DNA of 63,991 nucleotides, filler included, from Octopus bimaculoides (Eukaryota): NCBI RefSeq assembly GCF_001194135.2. It is 11 parts of 9 records of this genome, joined end to end, with 100 filler letters (N's around TTAATTAATTAA, not from the genome) between each part and the next. Parts side by side here need not be neighbours in the genome. Positions count along the whole stretch, not along the records: positions 49,116 to 55,071 come from NC_068981.1; positions 55,172 to 60,590 come from NC_068997.1; positions 60,691 to 62,835 come from NW_026296508.1; positions 62,936 to 63,991 come from NC_068985.1; 7 more parts are not named here. The stretch is one strand, 5' to 3'. The notes beneath the pieces are model-generated. The model was not told where the DNA came from. It worked only from the letters and a program-made list of their open reading frames with translations, and did not search any database. Below, in pieces: positions 51,268 to 63,720 of the stretch. The position numbers and the translations under genes are program-made. Position 1 is the stretch's first letter; the number at the start of each line of letters is the position of its first letter.

Positions 51268-51494
51268 CCTTAATGTTTATGGAAATTAATTTATGTTTGC
51301 TATTGTCATATTCATGTTTGGCATTGTCTATATATAGACAAAGAAGTTCCAAAATCTTCTATTCTTTTATTAGCTTTATATACGTGGTTACCGTCATGCT
51401 GGATCACGACCCTGATTTTGTACTTACACACTTTACTCTTATTTTGCTGATACCTTTGGGGCTGTATTAGTTCAGTTCACCACTCTTGCATGAG

Positions 51495-51790
51495 CCCTTC
51501 CTCTTGATTGTTTTCCCATTTGGTGTATGAGCGTGTTTGACTCTACTGCCCTTATCTGTACCCCATGCTGTGCCGTTGCCTCCTAGCGTGTTTAAGAGGA
51601 TGCCTCATTCCTCTTTGAATACATCAACGACCACATTGTTCAGGCTTCTTAATTTTTTTCGCCGTTCATGGAAGAGCTATGAGCCTTGGATTGCTAAGCT
51701 ATTGCAGTACCTGATCCTATCTTTAGACGGGGTGGACGGTACGCAGTGTCTTCCATTTCGAGCATTTGAATAACATTCGATGCCGACATT
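51495..51790 (-). mobile_element. CR1/L2-type LINE ORF2 C-terminal fragment (second piece at about 52180-52270)
   Basis: Minus peptide RNGRHCVPS...RIRYCNSLAIQGS*LFHE...LRSLNNVVVDVFKEE resembles the CR1-group tail motif (R.GR.C...LFN.LP...VD.FK). Confidence 0.55.
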
Positions 51791-51882
51791 AGGTACTAAC
51801 CCTTCCAGAATTTTCCATATGTAGATTATTACATTTATCGCGCCTTCACTCCAGTGAGTAAAGTAGATTTTATATATATGAA

Positions 51883-51961
<79 letters not shown>

Positions 51962-52334
51962 ATACACACTGGTATATATATATACACTGGTATATATATA
52001 TGTATACCAGAGTATGCACATAAATGTGAAACAAGGTGAGAAATAATAGTACTCGAATACCGGAGGTAGAATAATATGCTTTATTATTACAGCTTCAAAA
52101 ACAACACTGAAATATCACAAAAAACGGCTACCCTGAGTTTCATGTACCCGTTCGTCTTAATCAAACTGTTCGACAAATAGATTTCTTTTGTGGCAGGGCA
52201 CTGAAGAGCTGTGAGCCTTTGAACCTTAGACTATTGCAGTACCTAGTCCTGAATTTAGACGGAGTGAATAGTACCTTTGGTACTATATAATGGCGGCCAG
52301 TTATATATATATATATAGGTATATCCAAATTTCT

Positions 52335-52468
52335 GGAATGGAGTAGATAGAATCCAGTTTCCTAGCTAGCAGATCCTCGGAAGTAGTAATAATCCGAACG
52401 AAGGGTACTCCACTAGCCGCTCATTAGCTATGAAACATATGTCGCCTGGATTTTATCTACTCCATTCC
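52335..52468. mobile_element. Small MITE
   Basis: 23-bp TIRs GGAATGGAGTAGATAGAATCCAG and CTGGATTTTATCTACTCCATTCC; TSD unclear. Confidence 0.65.
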
Positions 52469-52753
52469 CTAAATGTTGTCTTTTATTTGCATACATAACA
52501 ATCCCAGTTGCTAACCTTGAAGTATAAAAATTTATTTTTTTTAGCTAATTTGAACTTCAATATGAGAAAAATGCTTTTATACCTTTTACGGACTGCACGA
52601 AGCTTACTAACTTCCTACACCTTGCTCCTTGGATCTTACTTTTACATATTACTATATATGTGTAAATGTATGTATACATATGTATGTATATATGTATGAA
52701 ATGTATGTATGCATATTCTCTCCTTGTTTCTCTCCTTGTTTCTTTCTGTGTTC

Positions 52754-52789
52754 CTTTCTGTGGAAGAGCGTGGGCTCGAAACGTTAAAG
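52754..52789 (+). ncRNA. Hammerhead-like motif with variant core
   Basis: CUUU-CUGUGGA-A-GAGC-gugg-GCUC-GAAA-CG-UU^-AAAG. Helices I and II pair perfectly, helix III is the palindrome ACGU, but the core has U at A6. Confidence 0.5.
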
Positions 52790-53335
52790 ACTTTTTCAAT
52801 TCCCGAGCGCTATACTAATACATCTATTTGTTTTCAACACCACCTGTCTTCATCTGTTGTTTTATTTTTTTGTGAATTCTCCCTATACATGCAGGTATAT
52901 ATGTATGTACGTGTTCATGAATGTGTTCGCACAGTTTGGGGAGAAAATAACTAGTCTACAAAATTATTGGTAATAATAACAGAAGGGATAGTTTTGAGAA
53001 TGACTTCTCTCTATATTTATTCATGGGCTTGTTTGAGGATCATCAATAGAGATATTCCCTGGTCTCAGTGGACGCTTCACGTCTTTGAAACATCAGACAC
53101 TATCACCAGTCTGACCCAGGCAGAGATAATCAAGACGCATCTTTTGTCGGGTTAGCATGAAACCCAGTAGCACTTTTCATTTCAGGTACAACTCTGGAAG
53201 AGAAATGACGAATTGAATTGGCTTTCAACATGTTTTCTTCAGGGTAAGGCAACAATAGCAATAATAATAAAACGCTACATAACAAGATGGGAAATTAGAA
53301 GTACAAAGTATATCATATACAGATAGCAAAGGATT

Positions 53336-53409
<74 letters not shown>

Positions 53410-53579
53410 CATGTATGTGTGCATATAATTATATTATATATGCATATACTCATGTATACATGCAAGTATATTATTTTATATTTATACATAAATGTATATA
53501 TTCATATAATTTATGTAAGTTACGTTACTTAGACTAAGTAAACGTTATTTTCCGATTGTTTCTGATTAAGATTTTCCCT

Positions 53580-53676
<97 letters not shown>

Positions 53677-54069
53677 CACGCACACAGAGTAATGCTTGCG
53701 CATACATTTATATATATCACATGTGTCTTTACATATGGTAAATGATACACATATCTATGTAATACATAAATGTATATAGTATGCACATACATACATTCAT
53801 ACATACACACACACACCTATATATTTGACTGCGGACATGTTGGCGCACCGCCTTCAGTCAATCAAATCGACTCCAGGACTTACCCTTTGTGAACTTCGTA
53901 CTTATTCTAACGGTCGTTTCTGCCGAACCGCTAGGTTATATAATATATATATATATATATATATATTAATAGTAATGGTATGACAACAAACGAATGAATG
54001 AGATCTGGATATTATGTAAATAGAGGAATTTATCTGTAATGTAATATGTGACAATCATTCGGTTGCCAT

Positions 54070-54130
54070 AATAAAACTCCGAGTTTCAGGTGTCGGGGCA
54101 GAAGTCTGCTCTGGCATTTCGTCAGTTATC
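54070..54130 (-). ncRNA. Minimal type I hammerhead, helix II partly decayed
   Basis: Minus RNA: GAUAA-CUGACGA-AAUGCCAGAGCAG-acuu-CUGCCCCGACACCU-GAAA-CUCGGAG-UU^-UUAUU; near-palindromic helix III ACUCGGAGU. Confidence 0.6.
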
Positions 54131-54661
54131 AAGGCAATCAAAAAATACTATGAAAATGAACGTTAAACAAAGAGAAATTACAATGTGATTGATTGTTATT
54201 AAGGCAAAAGAGCTGCTAGAATGACCGTTAAATAAGGGGAAAACAGCGAAAGGGGAAAGTAAAAAAGTAAAAATGCTCATAGAAATCGCGTATGCGTGCA
54301 TGTGCATACATACACATGCACGAACGCACAACCACCTACATGTGCCTACATGCCTATGCTTATTCACACGCGCATGAAACACAAATATACACACCGACAC
54401 ATACGCCTATATATGCACATATATATGCAACCATACATGTACACATATATATGGAACCATACATGTACTCACTGACGCGCACACTCACACATACGTGCAC
54501 ATACATGTACGCGCACAATTATATTGAAATACACGTCTAAAATACGCACATGCTATATAATATATGCATATGCTCACTCACACTCGCGTGAAACACATGC
54601 ATGTATACCCACAACAAATGCATATATATAATATAATATAATATAATATATACATATATAC

Positions 54662-54694
<33 letters not shown>

Positions 54695-54749
54695 GATATA
54701 ATACATATATATATAATATTATATATATATAATATATAATACATAATAC

Positions 54750-54857
<108 letters not shown>

Positions 54858-55171
54858 TATAATATAATATGTATATATCATACATTTAATATATATATAT
54901 AATATATTTATATATATATAATATATATTTATAATATATATGATATATATATAATATATGTAATGTATATATATGTATATATATAATTCATATATGATAT
55001 ATATATATATAATATATATATATATAATATATATAAAATATTTATATATGTATAATATATATTTATAATATNNNNNNNNNNNNNNNNNNNNNNNNNNNNN
55101 NNNNNNNNNNNNNNNTTAATTAATTAANNNNNNNNNNNNNNNNNNNNNNNNNNNNNNNNNNNNNNNNNNNN

Positions 55172-55209
<38 letters not shown>

Positions 55210-55210
<1 letters not shown>

Positions 55211-55345
55211 TACGACGGGCTTCTTTCAGTTTCGTCGGCCCGAGGCTATAGTAGAAGACACTTGCCCATGGTGCCACGCAATGGGACTGAACCCGGAACC
55301 ATGTGGTTCGTAAGCAAGTTACTTACCACACAGCTTCTCCTACGC
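55210..55345 (-). mobile_element. SINE family A head with internal deletion
   Basis: CGACGGGCTTCTTTCAGTTTC|GTCGGCCCGAGGCTATAGTAGAAGACACTTGCCC...CTTACCACACAG. Confidence 0.85.
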
Positions 55346-55989
55346 CTATGGTTTTATATACGGTTTTATATTTTAAAAAAACACACATACTGGTATCTGA
55401 TCTTGGCACAGCGCGAGAATTTTATGAGGAGCGGGCTACAATCGGCCCTGGTGCTATGTTATCGATCCACAAAGAACGAAAGGTAGACATGGTTTCGGCA
55501 GAATTTGAAACTAAAACGTAAAGAACCAGACCATATACTCCATAGCATTTTGTTCGATGCTCTAACGATTCCATCAGCTCACAACCCAACATAGATATGA
55601 AAAAGACGTGATCTCATACTCTATTAAATAATTTAAACAATTGACTCCATCAGCGCTTGCACAGTTATGCAGATTAGACAGGGAAGTTTACCTCTGTCTT
55701 AATTTGTTTCCATTGTGAATAACTCTATACTAATGATCTCTCAAGAGAGAGAAAGCCCATTGAATGTATTTTGTATTAGACACCTTATGGTTTTCCGCAT
55801 TTTTTGTCTTTTATCAAGTGTACACTCACATAATAAACATATTGTCAATTATTATTAACGAACAATCCGATTTCATCGGTTTTCTTAATGTTAAAATGTT
55901 AAGATGTCAAATATTTACAAGTTACATGACAATTTCTTTGGCAACGTCGAGAAACACTTTAAGCTGTTACTTATTATCGAAACTGCCAA

Positions 55990-56860
55990 AAAACTGAATT
56001 AACCAATCAGATGCGGCTACTCATTAACTTCTCCCCGGAGTGTCTGTGTCCTTATAAAATCTCAGAATCCATGATTGATCGCAGATTTGGTGAAGATGCG
56101 TTAAAGAACAGATCGCCATTTTGAATTTCACACAAACCACAAAACATATGTAACATCCCTAAACGTTGATTCGAACACCGAACCCCATGGCTTTCAATCC
56201 AAAAATTCTTTTTTAGTCTTTCAAGGGTGAGATTGATAGGCCAAAAAAAAAAAACTCTAGAAGAGCAAAAATTTATAACAAAAATGTGTACTCTTGTTTT
56301 TTCATCGACTGACCTTTGGCACAAAATGGATTCAACTGAAAAAAATATTCCATTTGTGTCGCAGAAATTGTTAACAGACGTAAGGATAGCTTCTGATTGG
56401 CTGATAGATGAAGTGTTACGTTTTCTGAGCTATCGACCATGCAGGGAAAAGTATTTTAAGTTTCGGTACGAATTATGTACCGCCGCTCATTAAATTGATA
56501 GAAATAAGTGGTACTTTATTTCTGCCACCCAGCTTGAAAAAGTCAAACAACAACTGGTGTTTGGGCGCCAAATACATTTGTTCTGCGCATACAAAAAAAG
56601 GCCAGATCTGAAGGAAAAAGACCGAGTCTGACAGTCTGAAAATCAGGAGCTTAACGATGTGAGCAGCGGCGCGTAACGGCTGGCAATTTTTTATATTTGG
56701 CAGAGCGTCCATTGTTACAAATGCCAAAATGCTGAATTATATAAAGAACTGGCAACACGCTCACCACTTCCGCAAGAATATTTGCTTCTTTTTAATACAC
56801 ATTTTACTATGAACAAAACTTACCGACATAGCTTTGTTTGCTTTCCTTGAGACCGTCGCG
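55990..56860. promoter_or_regulatory. CpG-enriched, promoter-like region
   Basis: AACCAATCAG (about 56000), CGCCATTTTG YY1-like (about 56115), CTGATTGGC (about 56395), CTGGCAAC and CACTTCCG; no linked gene confirmed. Confidence 0.3.
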
Positions 56861-57509
56861 TTCTATACAATCTTTTAACAATAAAACAGTTGATGAGCTG
56901 AAAATGAACGACTACCGTTCTCATTCATCCAACATATTTTTCATCTTATTGTTAAATATATGCCAGGTATTCTACTTCATACATAAATTCCCTTAGAAAA
57001 TCAGAAAACACAAGTATTTCAAGAAAGAAGAGTATTTCATACTACACTCCGTTATATGTCATAATTATGTCTTTCGCCTCTACTCAAATGGTATGCACTC
57101 TTGCAAATAACAGGTTCATGTTATCTGTAAGAATGCATGTATTTCGACCTCATACATTTCGAACTCTCATGATTTAAAGACTGAACAATAAACTATATTT
57201 AACACACTCCGGTAAATATTCCTCAAATGTAAAAGTACTTATTAACAATTCACCAAACGCATAACACTCGCGTTAAACTTTAAAAATGTATTTCTGTTTT
57301 CCCCAGAAGCTTACTGATACATTAAAACAGTTTGGATGTAAACTAAGCAGCCTCGTACCTATGCAAACGACGTCGTTAATAAACAGAACATTTATTGGCA
57401 TTTAATTACTAGCTTAGATATATGATTTCATCACTATGCTTTCATAAAAAAATATTTTGCTTATCTTTCAATAACTCATCGAGATTCTATTTTGTCTTTA
57501 GTATAAGCG

Positions 57510-58520
57510 CAGACGTGGCTGTGTGGCAACAAACCTGCTTCTCAACTACATGGTTCCGAGTTCGGTCCCACTGCCTGCTGGCACCTTGGACAGTATCTTC
57601 GACTATAACCTCAGGCCAACCAAAGTCTTGCGAGTGGATCTGGTCTTTACGTTCTGAGTTCAAATTCCGCCGAGGTCGACTTTACCTTTCNNNNNNNNNN
57701 NNNNNNNNNNNNNNNNNNNNNNNNNNNNNNNNNNNNNNNNNNNNNNNNNNNNNNNNNNNNNNNNNNNNNNNNNNNNNNNNNNNNNNNNNNNNNNNNNNNN
57801 NNNNNNNNNNNNNNNNNNNNNNNNNNNNNNNNNNNNNNNNNNNNNNNNNNNNNNNNNNNNNNNNNNNNNNNNNNNNNNNNNNNNNNNNNNNNNNNNNNNN
57901 NNNNNNNNNNNNNNNNNNNNNNNNNNNNNNNNNNNNNNNNNNNNNNNNNNNNNNNNNNNNNNNNNNNNNNNNNNNNNNNNNNNNNNNNNNNNNNNNNNNN
58001 NNNNNNNNNNNNNNNNNNNNNNNNNNNNNNNNNNNNNNNNNNNNNNNNNNNNNNNNNNNNNNNNNNNNNNNNNNNNNNNNNNNNNNNNNNNNNNNNNNNN
58101 NNNNNNNNNNNNNNNNNNNNNNNNNNNNNNNNNNNNNNNNNNNNNNNNNNNNNNNNNNNNNNNNNNNNNNNNNNNNNNNNNNNNNNNNNNNNNNNNNNNN
58201 NNNNNNNNNNNNNNNNNNNNNNNNNNNNNNNNNNNNNNNNNNNNNNNNNNNNNNNNNNNNNNNNNNNNNNNNNNNNNNNNNNNNNNNNNNNNNNNNNNNN
58301 NNNNNNNNNNNNNNNNNNNNNNNNNNNNNNNAGCAGTATTTCGTCTGCCGCTACGTTCTGAGTTCAAATTCCGCCGAGGTTTGACTTTGCCTTTCATCAG
58401 TTCGGGGGGCGATTAATAAGTACCAGTTACGCACTGGGGTCGATGTAATCGACTTAATCCATTTGTCTGTCCTTGTTTGTCCCCTCTATGTTTAGCCCCC
58501 ACCTGTGGGCAATAAAGAAA
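57510..58520 (+). mobile_element. SINE A head joined to SINE B segments on both sides of a gap
   Basis: GGCTGTGTGG...CATGGTTCC at 57510; GTTCTGAGTTCAAATTCCGCCGAGGT at about 57650 and again at about 58355. Confidence 0.75.
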
Positions 58521-58532
58521 TATATATATATA

Positions 58533-60075
58533 TGACAGACTCTCCCGTCGGTTTCGATGTATGAGGATCCGACAACCTACATTTTTTGTCAGTCGTAATG
58601 CTTATGTCGAATGTAACATCTGAGTCCCTCCAACGCTTTGCAAAGAAGGCCACAGATGTTGCAAGTGTGAGGATTACAGGTCAGTGCGGGTGGTATATTT
58701 GCAGCTGTTTTTCTCCTTTGTCTTGCACCCCGAAACCTCTTAATGCTGGTTGCAACAAAGTTTCTAATACCCTTTTGACACAACAATCTCCATCTTGTTC
58801 GCTCCAAGGCTGTTCGCTCAAAGACGTTGTGAGCTATCTTCATTTGTAAGAGGTTACTCTTCAGCTTGTCCTTATATCTGAGCCATGGTCGGCCAACATT
58901 TCTGTGCCCACTCTCAAGCTGGCAGTATATGAGGACTTTGTGTATTCTTTCGTCACTCATTCTGACGACATGGTCAGCCCAGTGCAATTGTGATTGCACA
59001 AGGAAGCTCTCAATTCCACCAATCTTACACTTGCTAAACAGGTCAGCATTATAAAGTCTGTCTTTTAGTGAATAACTGTAATGTTAAAGTCTCTAATATC
59101 TCGATAACATAGTCTATGAGATGGCAATCCTTAGATCTAGGATGCATCCAGGTCGTCTTCCAACAATTTCGCTGTTGAAAAAAGCTATTTGTAATGCTTA
59201 GACTGAATTCCCAGCAGATGGCGAGCACACGAAGACCGCTGGAGTTCATTCGACCTAAACTATGGCGACCAAGTATACTCATGCCTAATAGTCAGTACCA
59301 AAATGAGCGTTAAAGTAGCCGATAAGAATAAGTCTATCCCCATGGTGACAACTGGAGATGACATCGCGGGGTTGGCTGTAAAACTCATCCTTTTCCTGCT
59401 CAGTGTTGGCCATGGTTGGAGCATAGCAACTAACAAGCGTAGCACAAGTGTTTTGATCAAGTTTCAACGTTAGTCTCATGATACGATCAGAAATACCGTT
59501 GGGTAGAGAAAGAAGGGATCTAGCTTTTTCTGTCTTGATGGCAAAACCAACACCAGAGCGGCGCGGTTCATCCTCATTTATACCAAACCAGAAAAACATG
59601 TATTGCTTTTACCTTCTTCTGTGATGATCCTGCAAGGCGAGTTTCACTGAGTGCAACAAGCTCAATGTTGTATTTCTTTAGTTCAAATGCAATGAGTGCT
59701 GTTTTTCGTGATTGTCTTGGAGAGTGTGCACATTCCAAGAACTAAGACTAACATTCTTAGATCTCTTCAGGTTTCGACTGCGTTACTGAATAGCCAGACA
59801 GCTTCAGCGGACTGCCAAGTTTAAGGTGAGTAAGCAATGTTTAGGACTCCTTTTCTCGCCTTCTCTTTTGGGGGAAAGCAGCGCTGTTTCTAATAGACCT
59901 GCTTTGTCACCACTGGAGAACACGGACAGCACAGTTACTCACAAGTTCTGTGCTGGAACGGTCATCACACAATGGTCGCCGACTGTGCAGAGATCCAGCA
60001 AGAGACTTCCAGTAATGTCCTTTACATGTCCCTGCCGCTTTCACTCTCTCGCCAGAGGACTTTTTATTTTTTGCA
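58533..60075 (-). mobile_element. RTE/BovB-type LINE with the whole RT domain deleted
   Basis: Minus: 5' UTR with GGAGTCCTAAA, APE motifs (WNVHTL, ALSETR, SGVGFAIK, CYAPT, TTWMHPRSK..HLIDYVI), then a direct jump near 59075 to the C-terminus (SQLHWADHVVRM, GRPWLRYKD, CNICGLLC zinc finger), ending at (TA)n. Confidence 0.88.
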
Positions 60076-60370
60076 AGTTGGAGTTGTGCAGCATTGAATG
60101 AATAAATGTAAGTTGTTAAAAAAACCCACACATATGATTTGATTTAAGTGTTGAAGGCTTGTGTAGTAGAACCAGCCACACTTTTTGAAAGTGATGATAG
60201 CAAGAATATTGTGCACATATGCGTCACAATACCAAGAACAACACACTGCAGGCTTTTTCTTCAGAGGTTTCCATCTTCAAGGCAAGTCCCTATAAACAAG
60301 TTTTTCCCTTATGAGGTTTTTCACGCTAACTACTTGATAAATTCTTATAACGATTTTATCCTATTTTTAG

Positions 60371-60474
60371 GATGAGATGAGATCCAGAGATTCTCAATAC
60401 AGAAATCACTTGAGAGCGCTCAAAGGATTTGAACTTACACTCCGAAAACCTTTACCGAGAACCAAGTCCGCGGG
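60371..60474 (+). CDS. Candidate internal exon, unknown product
   Basis: Acceptor TATCCTATTTTTAG, open frame DEMRSRDSQYRNHLRALKGFELTLRKPLPRTKSA, possible donor GG|GTAAAA. Confidence 0.25.
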
Positions 60475-60989
60475 GTAAAATGTGGTTATAAGAGGAATCC
60501 AGGTGAACATCTGGAGACAATTACGTAAATAAACAAATAAATAAATGCTTGGATTTGTTATATAATATGTATATGTATATATATATATATNNNNNNNNNN
60601 NNNNNNNNNNNNNNNNNNNNNNNNNNNNNNNNNNTTAATTAATTAANNNNNNNNNNNNNNNNNNNNNNNNNNNNNNNNNNNNNNNNNNNNTGAGAAATAA
60701 TATCCAGGAAAAAATAAAATCTATTAATTTCATTGGTTCAGATATGTTACATTTTAGTTGAGAGAGATTTCAGATAAACTATTGCAATTTCTTATTTCTT
60801 TTATTTTCTGAACAAAAGCAACAGAATTGCAACACCAGAGAAAAACACAAATCGACAGCTGAACATTTCCTCTTTTTAGGTAAGATGATATTGTTTTTTC
60901 ATTGAGATATTGTCACATGTTGCAATTACAGTGAGTATATCTGGTCAGGGATTAGATATATATAGCTATATCTATAGCCTGAATAACTT

Positions 60990-62426
60990 AAGACAGGTTT
61001 CGTTCCAGGCAGAAGTACCACAGATGCCATCTTCATAGTGAGACAGTTGCAAGAAAAGTATTTGGCCAAAGGTAAGCCATTGTACTTAGTCTTCATCAAC
61101 CCGGAGAAAGCTTTCGACAGTGTTCCCTGCTGTCTTATTTGGTGGTCTCTAAGGAAGCTAGGAGTAGAGGAGTGGCTTGTTAGAGCTATGTCAGGCTATG
61201 TACAGTGATACAGTCAGTAAGTTAAGAGTCGGCCTTGAATACAATGATGAATTTAACGTACAAGTTGAAGTAGACCAGTCATCAGTTTTTAGTCCATTCT
61301 TATTCATCATAGTTCTCCAGACCATAACAGAGAACTATGAAAGTAGTATGCTCCTTTGGATTTACAACATCAGTGTGCTTGACCGACAGAGCACAACTGT
61401 GTTGAGAGAACAATTAGGCATAAGAGGGATTAAATATGGTATACAGTAGAGGAGAATGCGTTGCTTTGGACATGAAATGCATATGAATGAAGATAGCTGT
61501 GTACAGTGCCTGTCACTGCAAGTGAATGATACTTGTGGAAGAGGGAAACTCAGGAAGACATGGGATGAAGTGGTGAGGACCAATCTTAGGATGTTGGGAC
61601 TCATGGAGGAAACGACAATGGAGCAGGATGTTTGGCGATATGAGGTTCTTGAGAAGACCTGTCCACAAAACTGGGTGCTAGAACAGTTGTGCCCCACCCA
61701 CATGTAACAACACACATTTTTCTACCTACTCTACCCTAAGAGACCGAAATACAACTCCTTTTTTAAACTGCATCTTTCTCTTCCCAACATTTCTTCTTCA
61801 TAAACTATAATTGTTTTCTAATCCTATTTCTTACCCTTACTGTCCTGCTCACTGTATCGCTGCTCCCTTCACTCCCAACATTCACAATGCTATTTTTTTA
61901 CCCAGCTTCTACGCTCAGATCCTTGTTACTTGTGAGTATACCCTAGCATTACACCATCTCTCTTCTGCCTTCACTTACACTTTTGCTGTTTTCTACTCTC
62001 TCTTTCCTTTTATTGCTCTCATTCTCCTTCTGTTGTTTTTCCTCTGACTCGGTAACCAAGTATCTCCTTCACATCAGCACATTTGTTTTTGGTTTCTTTC
62101 TTGTACCTCGCTCTCATTCTCTATTTCTTCTCTCTGTCTCTCTCTCCCTCTCTCTCTGTCTGTCTCTCTCTCTTTCTCTAGAGGTAACAATGTATCTCCT
62201 CTATAGCAAGACACCTATTTCTCTGTCACACTCTAACCTTTCATCATCTGCTAATGGATCACCTCCTCTAATGCCCCCTGTGTTATAGCAAAACACCTGC
62301 TTCTGTCTGTTTGTCACATTCTAACCTTTCATCCTTTGACACAAGTTTCCCTCCTCAAATGCCTTAGGGTAATTTTTCTACCTGGCCAACCGTCCCACCC
62401 AAAGATGGATGTTAAACGATGATGAT
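60990..62426 (+). mobile_element. RTE LINE 3' part with internal deletion and long 3' UTR
   Basis: GFVPGRSTTDAIFIVRQLQEKY...EKAFDSVP and VDQSSVFSPFLFIIVL, then a jump at about 61350 (no YADD) to RMRCFGHEMHM...GRGKLRKTW; pyrimidine-rich UTR ending GGATGTTAAACGATGATGAT. Confidence 0.85.
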
Positions 62427-62951
62427 ATGTGTGTGTGTGAGAGACATACTGAATGCAAATTCTCTCAAATAAATGCCAATTTCAAAGGTTTCGGTGTGAG
62501 AGGTATTCGTAAGAATTGAAAAGAGACCTTGAAAAAGCTGTCTATAAGCTTGTCTTAACATTTCAAGTGGAATAAGTGAAATATGCTTGCTGACCTACTT
62601 TTCTTTCAAATTTAATCTTAAGTGGAACGAGTGAGCTTTTATGCATATTGTTAAATGATCATCATCAATAACACATGAGCAACTCAGTTATGGAGTCGGA
62701 AAAAGCAATTAACAGTGATTGTCAAGCAGTCTGGCGAAGCATATGAAGATGCATGCGAGCGCACACACACATATCTATCTATATATCTGTATATCTTTAT
62801 AATTCCTGGCTGGTGTATATATATATATACATATANNNNNNNNNNNNNNNNNNNNNNNNNNNNNNNNNNNNNNNNNNNNTTAATTAATTAANNNNNNNNN
62901 NNNNNNNNNNNNNNNNNNNNNNNNNNNNNNNNNNNATATATATATATATAT

Positions 62952-63488
62952 AAAACGAAGCGTTAGCGCGAAGCAATGTTTAGGTGAGCAGAATTTAGGC
63001 TAGCGCAAATCAGTCAACGTCTTGGCTGAATTATATATAAAGTTAGGACTTTATTAAGTTCGTTAAGAGTTGCCTTTCTTAGGTACATCTCATTGGCAAG
63101 AGTAATAAAACGCGAAATATCGATGTCTGAGATTCTAAATAGATGGCAACACTGAACGAACCGGTTGTTTTCGCGCCTTTTTACGTTAAGAGAGTTTTCT
63201 TTCTCCACAGTAACTGCAGTGTATTTTCTTTTCTTTTTAGCAGTTGAAATATGTAACAAACATATTTCAACTGGCCTAAATTCTACTGTCACCATCTATT
63301 TAGAATCCCAGACATCGATGTTTCGCGTTTTATGGCTCTTGTCAATGAGATGTACCTAAGAGAGGCAGTTCTGAATGAACTTAATAAAGTCTTAACTTTA
63401 AATATAATTCAGTCAACACGCTGACTGATTTGCGCTAGCCTAAATTCTGCTTATACCTAAACATTGCTTCGCGCTCTCACTTCGTTTT
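62952..63488. mobile_element. Foldback element with ~200-bp TIRs in (TA)n
   Basis: AAAACGAAGCG...TAAATAGATGG and CCATCTATTTA...CTTCGTTTT match as inverted repeats with a few mismatches; (TA)n on both sides. Confidence 0.88.
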
Positions 63489-63497
63489 ATATATATA

Positions 63498-63720
63498 CTA
63501 GCAGTATAACCCGACCTTGTCCGAGTGTGACTTATTACGCCATCTACGATAAGTCTTGCAAGGTGAAAATCAACTAAAAAAGAAAGCCTTACAACGAAAA
63601 AACCCTTATGATGTAAATATGTTCATAATTCAAAAGACGATGAAATTAATAGGGAAAGTCTGAAGGCTGTTTTGCGTAACATTATTAAACGTACGTAAAT
63701 TTCATCCGTCTAATTGGCTA
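63498..63720 (-). mobile_element. Helitron-like 3' terminus
   Basis: Minus strand CTCGGACAAGGTCGGG hairpin followed by TTATACTG-CTAG-T; the upstream boundary is uncertain. Confidence 0.55.
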
